From an uncultured Thermoplasmatales archaeon (GTDB lineage: Archaea; Thermoplasmatota; E2; UBA202; DSCA01): a stretch of 15,933 nucleotides of DNA. Below the pieces are notes generated by a model, which was given only the letters and a program-made list of their open reading frames with translations, did not search any database and had not been told where the DNA came from. The first letter of the stretch is position 1. Every line of letters begins with the position of its first letter. The DNA lies in contig CAZESS010000029.1 of the NCBI GenBank assembly GCA_964514975.1, positions 1-15,933 on the forward strand. The letters are read 5' to 3'. Shown here in pieces: positions 7,689-13,974 of this stretch. A program made the position numbers and the translations under genes.

Positions 7689-7984
7689 CCCGCAATAGCG
7701 CAATACGGCGACATTTAAAAACATGCAGCCACGTTAGTATATAGCACGAAAGCGCCGTGAGCCTATATTTTATAAAAAATGTATATTTATAATTATGTAT
7801 ATTGATAATATATATATTTTATATTGTTTTTTATGCAATTACTCGGAGCGCATCGCCTTTTTCCGAAATAAACAATAATAAATATACTATTTAGCTATAA
7901 ACATTAAATTAAATTTAGCTTTTATATGAAATAACATTTTTCATGCTAAATTATAGCACTCACGGCATGTCTGCAGCAGGGTCA

Positions 7985-8371
7985 TCATCGTTCGTTCTGT
8001 ATCCCCCGTTTGCCCGCAGTGCTTTCCGCTAGTTCAAGGGCAAAAGCACGGTATACACCCAGCCGGGTATCCTCGTCGTAATAGCTCGTTGCCTCCTTGA
8101 ATGATGCAAATCGCAAAAAGAATTTGTCATATATCAACCGGTCACGTGTATCCTTCACGTTCGGCGCTATACGGTGACAATCCGTGCAGAGCAGCGAGCA
8201 ATTATCCGGGCTGTTTGTTTTCCGCCGTAGGCCAGCGGGACGATATGGTGGAACGCTCTGCCGCCTTCGTCCAAATCGATTCCGCATCGCTCGCATCGAT
8301 TGTCAGACCGCTTACTCACGGTTCGTTTAACGGCCGGGGGGAACGTTTTCTTCGGCGTCTCTCTCCCCCAT
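7985..8371 (-). pseudogene. HNH endonuclease, frameshifted
   Basis: Joining two ORF-track frames at GGAAAAC (~8218-8223) gives RCERCG...FHHIVPLAYGGK|TNSPDNCSLLCTDCH, i.e. CxxC-HH-N-CxxCH. The likely ATG at 8371 needs a further 1-nt correction in a G5 run. Confidence 0.85.
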
Positions 8372-8556
8372 ATCTCTCGCCTCGTTACACCATCAAAACA
8401 AAGGCAGGTACAAAAGATTACACGGCGCGATTCCAAATATGGTTTGGCAACCCCCGGGTGTCCAAAAAATGCTTCAAATGCGGTTTTTGGCGCTCAACAC
8501 CCCGCTTTTGTGGCCGCAAAAGCCAATCGAACAAAGAAAGAGGGGGTGGATGGCAG

Positions 8557-9483
8557 TTATCGGGTTCCAAGTCGCGGCTCCATTTTCTCTGTCCATTCCT
8601 GCCGGAGAGCTTCTATCTTGTGCTGTGAGTGTCGTTTCCGCATCCGATATCGGACGTCGAGATCTCCAACATGCCCCATATAGAATTCTCGTTTTGTCCT
8701 TGATAACGCCTCGCTTGCGGCGGCATCAAAGTAGCTTCGAAGGATGTACGGATGCGCGTCAAAGTCTGCCTGTTCAAACGCTTTTTTTATTCCCCGGTAG
8801 AGATACGTTTTGGGGTATCTCGTCGTCGGGTAGTCGATCAGGTTTTCTTCCGGTGACACGCTGTCCCTGGCCAGGAGATATTCTTTCAGGTAGTCGACGC
8901 CCTCCTGAATCAAAAATGTGAAAAAGTCCACCTTTGCCTTGTTACCCGGGATATCTTTCCGAACGATGACCATCGCCGGAACGTTGGAGAAAGAAACGTT
9001 GTCGGTGACATCCATGCCGACAACCGACTCGATGTTCAGGTTCACGATTATCTTTGGACGCAAACCGCAGAACGCATATAGGCCGATCGCCGCCCTCGTC
9101 TTCCTGTCTGCACGGTTAATGATTTCGCGGAGTTTTTCGTTGCTCGGTATCTCGGCATCAAAGATGCTCATCTGGGTGTGTGACTTGTCGAACTCGATGT
9201 TTCCCAGAGAGAACTCCTCGTTTGCATAGCGGAGAAAGGAGCGCAGCGCCGACAGTCGCTGATTTTTCGTGAGCGGCGCCAGCTGGGCTATATCTTTGGT
9301 GAAATATCGTTTGAGGTGCCCTCGAAGCTTCTTGGGCCATCTATGGCTTGCCTCGACGAGTTCCGCCGCGCTCCACCCAAGGTCTTCAAGGATGCAACGG
9401 AGCGCTGACCGGTAGACCGTTACCGTCGTTTCTGTCTTCGTCCGCGAGAGGTCGTCCAGCCACTCGTCGGGCACATTTGTCAT
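8557..9483 (-). CDS. Tyrosine recombinase / site-specific integrase, 308 aa
   Basis: N-terminal core-binding domain (TVTVYRSAL...TKNQRLSALRSFL), catalytic R (FCGLRP), K (GNKAK), YxLR (HPYILRSYF), MGH and Tyr (LDVRY). TATA TTTTAAAT at 9513-9506. Confidence 0.9.
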   Translation of the reverse strand: MTNVPDEWLDDLSRTKTETTVTVYRSALRCILEDLGWSAAELVEASHRWPKKLRGHLKRYFTKDIAQLAPLTKNQRLSALRSFLRYANEEFSLGNIEFDKSHTQMSIFDAEIPSNEKLREIINRADRKTRAAIGLYAFCGLRPKIIVNLNIESVVGMDVTDNVSFSNVPAMVIVRKDIPGNKAKVDFFTFLIQEGVDYLKEYLLARDSVSPEENLIDYPTTRYPKTYLYRGIKKAFEQADFDAHPYILRSYFDAAASEALSRTKREFYMGHVGDLDVRYRMRKRHSQHKIEALRQEWTEKMEPRLGTR

Positions 9484-9574
9484 ACAATATGCATTGTAAG
9501 ACAGTATTTAAAAACAGATGCAATTGTGTTTTTAGAAACGTTTTAATAAAAGAACCTCGTGGACGGATGTAGGC
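9484..9574. promoter_or_regulatory. Back-to-back promoters of the two recombinases with palindromic sites
   Basis: TATA at 9513-9506 (minus) and TTTAATAA at 9542-9549 (plus). Inverted repeats TAAAAACA-N10-TGTTTTTA (9509-9534) and TACAAT-N4-ATTGTA (9483-9498). Confidence 0.55.
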
Positions 9575-10380
9575 ATGAAAAACGTCGCACTCTATGCTCG
9601 TGTGTCGACCGAGGGGGCAGGCAGTGCAGGGCTTTTCGCTGGATGGCCAGCTGGAGACGCTGCGCTCCTACTGTGACGCCCGCGACCGGGATGTCGCCGA
9701 CGAATATGTCGACAACGGCTACAGCGGCAGGGACACCAACCGGCCTGCATACCGAGAGATGCTTGATGAGATAGCGGGGTGGGATGCGCTGCTGGTGATG
9801 AAGATGAACTGGGTGCATCGGAACAGCAAGAACTTCATGGTGATAATGGAGACGCTCCGTCAGCATGACGAGGAGTTTGTGTCGATGACGGAGAGCCTGG
9901 ACACCTCGACGGCGATGGGGCGCTTCGTGATGGATATCATCCAGCGGACCGCACAGCTGGAGAGCGAGCAGATCGGGGGAGCGCGTCTATTTTGGGATGC
10001 GTCAGAAGGCGAAGGGTGGCACGGGGTTGCTGGGTCGCCTGCACCGTATGGATACAGGTACGATGATGGACAAGCTGGATGGGGTCGATGTGGAGCTTGA
10101 CGTGGTGGAGCAGCTCTATGGGCGATATCTCGACGGCGATTCATTGGACGGGCTGACGGCATGGCTGGAAAACCGGGGAATCGTGACGAAAAGGGGGGCT
10201 GGGACAAAAAGACGGTTTCGCGGATACTCTCTAATCCCGTCTACTGTGGTCTGCAACAGTGGGAGGATGTCCTGGTGCCGGGTGGTCAGCGGGCGGTGGT
10301 GTCCCGGGAGACGTTCAACAAGGTGCAGCGGGGGAACACGGACGGGCGCGGCGGAAGGGCACCAACTTTGTGGTGTCCAG
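9575..10380 (+). pseudogene. Serine recombinase (resolvase + recombinase DNA-binding domain), multiply frameshifted
   Basis: MKNVALYARVSTE from ATG 9575, then across frames QAVQGFSLDGQL...YVDNGYSGRDTNRP...LDTSTAMGRF...AQLESEQI|ERVYFGMRQKAK...|PAPYGY|...WLENRGIVTK|GGWDKKTVSRILSNPVYCG...VSRETFNKVQ. About 5 frameshifts, and the DR motif has changed to NW. End coordinate is approximate. Confidence 0.92.
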
Positions 10381-10586
10381 CAACCTCGAAAAGATTATTT
10401 TATGAAAAAGTTATATTTAATTTAATAGTTTTATGTATTTATTTTATTTAATGTTGTATTAATGTAAAATATAAGTGCCGGGGCATAATAGTGTTTATTG
10501 TTAGCATGAAACACTATTGCATATAGTTTTATAAAAACTTATAATAAATTTAATAGATATCTATAATAGTTAAACAAAATATAGTT

Positions 10587-10862
10587 TTACTGTTTTTTAT
10601 CAAGTTCCGTGGCAATGTCACGCACGATATCGGTTTTGCTGGCCGCCTGCCGCACAAGCACCCGTCCCTCCTCCCGCCACCACCGCGACGGATGCGCAGC
10701 CGTCTCCTCAACCTCCGGGTCGAGATCCAGTTTCTTTGCTGCCTTCGCGACGTCCCCAACCGAGGGGTTTTTCACCGCGCTCTCCCGGGGCACACGGCGG
10801 CCCTGCTGCCTACTCACACCACGGTCAAAATAGAGCGGCCAGAGCACATAGCGGTCGCGCAT
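10587..10862 (-). CDS. srp19: Signal recognition particle protein SRP19
   Basis: VLWPLYFD...SRQQGRRVP...AVKNPS...HPSRWW..EGRV; 1 nt downstream of rps8e. Confidence 0.95.
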   Translation of the reverse strand: MRDRYVLWPLYFDRGVSRQQGRRVPRESAVKNPSVGDVAKAAKKLDLDPEVEETAAHPSRWWREEGRVLVRQAASKTDIVRDIATELDKKQ

Positions 10863-10863
10863 G

Positions 10864-11241
10864 TTACTTCAGCAAAACAGCGTTGATGCAGCCATCCTGG
10901 CCGGGCCGCGAGGTAATACGGGCATTGCCCTTATCCGTCTGAACGATGGCGCCCTTGGTCAAAATGTTACGGCGAACATAATGCGGATTCGCAGGGTTTT
11001 CAAGCACGTCCTGTATCTCAGCGCGCTCCGTCTCATCGGTTTCGGGATCGGTCACGTTGGCCACATCCGCAGCCATGACACGTATCCGCTGGTTGTCCCC
11101 CCGGATGCGGACCTTTTTGTGCCGCTCCTCGCCGATAACCGGGGTCGTTTTTTCCCGTCCGAGCTCATAGCGCCGTTTTTTCCGGGCGACCTTTCGCTTT
11201 CCGCCGGTTTCTTTCTTCCGTGACTTCCCTTGCCATTTCAT
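10864..11241 (-). CDS. rps8e: 30S ribosomal protein S8e
   Basis: MKWQGKSRKKETGG...KKRRYELGR...NPANPHYVRRNILTKGA...ITSRPGQDGCINAVL. Start taken at ATG 11241 (125 aa). Confidence 0.97.
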   Translation of the reverse strand: MKWQGKSRKKETGGKRKVARKKRRYELGREKTTPVIGEERHKKVRIRGDNQRIRVMAADVANVTDPETDETERAEIQDVLENPANPHYVRRNILTKGAIVQTDKGNARITSRPGQDGCINAVLLK

Positions 11242-11297
11242 GGGAATCCCTCGATATTGAGCCCTACAATATACATCACCCATATAAACGTTGGCCT

Positions 11298-11975
11298 TCA
11301 GAGCGGCACCGCGGCCAGCACCCCTGCTACGGCAAGCGACGGCAGCAGGTTGAGCACCCGTATCTCCCGGATATCCAGGATGCGAACACCGAGCCCGAGC
11401 AGCATCACACCGCCGACAGCCGTCACCTCGGCAATGACCGGGTCGGACAGCACGTGCTGCAGCTCGCCGGCCGCCAGCGTCAATCCGCCCTGGTAGAGGA
11501 GCAACGGCACCGCGGAAAACATGACGCCGATGCCCAGGCCAGCCGCCAATGCTATCGAGGAAAACCCGTCCAGGACGGACTTCGCCAGCAAAAGATCGGG
11601 CGAGCCACTGAGCCCTTCCTCGATGGCACCCAGCACGGTCATCGAGCCCATGCAGTACAGCAAAAACGCGGTGACAAATCCCTCCGAAAAGCGGTCATGC
11701 CGGGAGCCAAGACGACGGCGCAGCCAGTCGCCAAAGCCACGCACCGCTCCATCGAGGCCGAACAGCTCACCGACGATGGCGCCTAGGACGAGGCTGAATA
11801 TCATGATAAGCAGGTTGTCGGTCTTCAGCGCCATCTGCATCCCCAGTACAAGCGTGAACAGGCCGATGGCCTGAAACACGATATCGATCACGCGCTTCGG
11901 CAGCCTGTCATGGATGAGCAGGCCGACTGCGCTCCCGGCCACCACGGCCCCGGCGTTCACCAGCGTGCCAAGCAT
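11298..11975 (-). CDS. DUF554 family membrane protein
   Basis: MLGTLVNAGAVVAGS..G, GFVTAFLLYCMGSMTVLG, LLAKSVLDGF, GIGVMFSA, LYQG, NLLPSL; multiple TM helices. Confidence 0.92.
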   Translation of the reverse strand: MLGTLVNAGAVVAGSAVGLLIHDRLPKRVIDIVFQAIGLFTLVLGMQMALKTDNLLIMIFSLVLGAIVGELFGLDGAVRGFGDWLRRRLGSRHDRFSEGFVTAFLLYCMGSMTVLGAIEEGLSGSPDLLLAKSVLDGFSSIALAAGLGIGVMFSAVPLLLYQGGLTLAAGELQHVLSDPVIAEVTAVGGVMLLGLGVRILDIREIRVLNLLPSLAVAGVLAAVPL

Positions 11976-12072
11976 CTCGACAAGATGCGTAATGCATTTT
12001 AAATAGGTTGGTATACAGACAGGTAGGTGGGAATAGATAGAAAATTTTTTGTAACAGCATGTAGATTAGGTG

Positions 12073-12339
12073 ATGGCTACAATGCATTCCAGTGACAATA
12101 TTGATGAAGAGCTAAGGATGTTAGACGACTATACAGAAGACAGTCGGTGGCTGAGAGAACATTACAACGAGATCAGGAAAGATTACGCCAACAAGTACGT
12201 CGCCGTAAAAGATCATCACATTGTAGGGGCAGATGAAAATGCGGATAGGCTGCTGGAACGACTGCGGGAGACACAAGAGGACCTGCGCAGCGTTGTCATC
12301 GAATTTGTTCCTCCGGAAGACCTTATGCTAGTGCTGTAA
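12073..12339 (+). CDS. Small DUF5678-like protein
   Basis: WLREHYNEIRKDYANKYVAVKDHHIVGADEN...VIEFVP pattern. The start could be 12070, 12073 or 12082 (AGGTGA SD). Confidence 0.72.
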   Translation: MATMHSSDNIDEELRMLDDYTEDSRWLREHYNEIRKDYANKYVAVKDHHIVGADENADRLLERLRETQEDLRSVVIEFVPPEDLMLVL

Positions 12340-12342
12340 AAA

Positions 12343-12804
12343 ATGCGTATCGAGCTACAGATCCGTGAGTACAGCGGGGGATTGAAGCCCTTTACCCAGT
12401 TTTTGTGCAAGTTTCCAAACCAGCACAAGTTTATGCCAGTGTCCGCCTTTGTGGACACCGGCAGCCCGACAACCAACCTCAGCCTCATCGAGTTCGACAA
12501 GGTAGGATTGTCGGTCAACAGCGTCATCGACAGAGAGGACTTCAAAAAGCTCTCAATCGGTGGAGCAATACACAAGGGTCATCCACTGCATACAGCCGCA
12601 TTTTTTAAATTTAAAAGCGGGCGGGAGGTCGTCACGCTAGAACCACCGGAGTTGTATGTACTGTTGCCATATAGCGATGATGACCGGAGTGCTCAGCAAT
12701 CCGCTAATCTGCCGAATATCATCGGAGTGGATTTCCTCATGTATCATGACCTCGGCCTGTATTTTAACCCGTCAAAAGACGTCGCATACCTGAGCGATGA
12801 ATAA
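12343..12804 (+). CDS. Retropepsin-like (clan AA) single-domain aspartic protease
   Basis: AFVDTGSPTT catalytic DTG motif, flap-like SIGG and NIIGVDFL psi-loop motif. 3 nt after the DUF5678-like gene; no signal peptide. Confidence 0.8.
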   Translation: MRIELQIREYSGGLKPFTQFLCKFPNQHKFMPVSAFVDTGSPTTNLSLIEFDKVGLSVNSVIDREDFKKLSIGGAIHKGHPLHTAAFFKFKSGREVVTLEPPELYVLLPYSDDDRSAQQSANLPNIIGVDFLMYHDLGLYFNPSKDVAYLSDE

Positions 12805-12835
12805 CAGAGAAGGCGGCGCCTGATGCAGCCATCTG

Positions 12836-12925
12836 CTATCGCTGGATGCTATCTTCGACGATAGCTATCTCCTCCTCGGATAGCCCATACATCCGGTACA
12901 CGATCTGGTCGATGAGCTCATCGGT
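12836..12925 (-). pseudogene. C-terminal remnant of a type IIG/Eco57I-like restriction-modification enzyme
   Basis: Translates TDELIDQIVYRMYGLSEEEIAIVEDSIQR*, the ID..VY.LYGL..EEI..VE tail typical of these enzymes. An in-frame TAG directly precedes it, so the rest of the gene is missing. Confidence 0.75.
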
Positions 12926-12996
12926 CTAAAAGATAGAGAAATATCTGAGAAAATATTGTGAAGATTAATGCCTTTCAGCGCAGTATTTTCAGGGAC

Positions 12997-13896
12997 TCAT
13001 CGTCCCATGTCCATCATGCGCTGCAATGGGGTGCGGGCTGCCTCCATGATGTCGGGGTCGAGCTCGATGGCGGGCCGCATGGTTTCGAGCGAGGTGATGG
13101 TTTTGTCGAGCGTGATTTTTTTCATGGTCTGGCAGATGGCGACCTCGAGCGTGTAAAACGTTTTGTCGGGCATTTCCTGGCGCATGCGGTAGGCGAGCTC
13201 CTGCTCGGTGGCGATGATGAACTCCTTCGCATCTGACTCGTGGGCGTAGCGGAGCATGCCCGATGTTGATTCCACCGCGTCGGCGATGTCGAGCACCTCG
13301 AGCGTGCATTCGGGATGCGCCAGTATCTTTGCGTCGGGATGCTGCTGCTTGAGCGCCACGACATCTGTTTTTTCGATGCCCTGATGGGTGGGGCAGAAGC
13401 CGGGCCAGAGCATGATGTCCTTGCCCTCGAAGTGCCGCTGGACCCATCTGCCCAGGTTGGTGTCGGGTACGAAGATGACGCCGTCGGGCATGCTGCCGAC
13501 GATTTTGACCGCGTTTGCCGAGGTGCAACAGATGTCGCTGACCGCCTTGGTTTCGGCGGTGGTGTTGACATAGGAGACGACGTCCATGTCGTTTTCCTGT
13601 TTCACATGCTGCAATCGGTCGGGGTCGACCATGGCCGCCATGGGGCACCGCGCGCCGGTGTCGGGCAGCAGCACGGTCTTGTCGGGGTTGAGTATTTTAG
13701 CGCTTTCAGCCATGAAGTCGACGCCGCAGAACACGATGACGTCCGCATCTGTCTCTGAAGCCTGCCGGGCGAGCCCGAGGGAGTCGCCCAGGTAGTCGGC
13801 GTTGTCCTGTATCTCGGGGCGCTGGTAGTTGTGGGCGAGGATGACCGCATTGTGTTCCTCCTTGAGCTGCCGAAGCCGCTCGGCTTTCGAGGTCAT
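12997..13896 (-). CDS. nadA: Quinolinate synthase A
   Basis: ILAHNYQ, GDSLGL, FCGVDFMAESAKIL, CPMA, YVNT, CCTSANA, GFCPTH, AHPEC, STSGM, C.TMK, with three Fe-S cysteines. Confidence 0.97.
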   Translation of the reverse strand: MTSKAERLRQLKEEHNAVILAHNYQRPEIQDNADYLGDSLGLARQASETDADVIVFCGVDFMAESAKILNPDKTVLLPDTGARCPMAAMVDPDRLQHVKQENDMDVVSYVNTTAETKAVSDICCTSANAVKIVGSMPDGVIFVPDTNLGRWVQRHFEGKDIMLWPGFCPTHQGIEKTDVVALKQQHPDAKILAHPECTLEVLDIADAVESTSGMLRYAHESDAKEFIIATEQELAYRMRQEMPDKTFYTLEVAICQTMKKITLDKTITSLETMRPAIELDPDIMEAARTPLQRMMDMGR

Positions 13897-13939
13897 GCTG
13901 TGTGCCTTATCTGGGCGCTTATTTAAAGGTTTGTGATGG

Positions 13940-13967
13940 AAAAGAAATTAAGAAAAAAAAAGAGGGA
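13940..13967 (-). terminator. Oligo-T terminator downstream of the C25 peptidase
   Basis: T9 run (13961-13953) plus further T tracts just after the stop. The nadA TATA (TTTAAATA, 13927-13920) follows. Confidence 0.6.
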
Positions 13968-13974
13968 GGAGCGT

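Larger units (their letters stand above)
7754..10586. mobile_element. Decaying integrative element remnant: HNH pseudogene, tyrosine recombinase, serine recombinase pseudogene; AT-rich ends
   Basis: Mobile-type gene content between housekeeping genes, with very AT-rich ~200-bp flanks (7762-7958, 10389-10586). Boundaries are approximate, and no att direct repeat was found. Confidence 0.6.

Noticed and set aside
3562-7718. Numerous antisense or overlapping ORFs across the lipoprotein, regulator, trpB2, kinase and SAM-enzyme genes
   Set aside because: Typical GC-rich shadow ORFs with no recognisable motifs.
8210-8230. Programmed -1 frameshift in the HNH gene
   Set aside because: GGAAAAC in this frame is not a canonical X XXY YYZ slippery site. 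A second probable indel near the start and the decay of the neighbouring recombinase favour pseudogenisation.
9489-9505. TACTGTCTTACAATG upstream of the integrase as a third copy of the abrB-associated motif
   Set aside because: Only a loose match, with different spacing to the start codon.
7762-10586. Chromosomal replication origin or integron
   Set aside because: No ORB-like motif with a G-string and no cdc6/orc1. The integrase shows no evident IntI-specific features, and there is no attC cassette array.
11242-11283. N-terminal extension of S8e given by the ORF track
   Set aside because: Family similarity begins at MKWQGKS, and the upstream ATG lies within the TATA-like promoter element.
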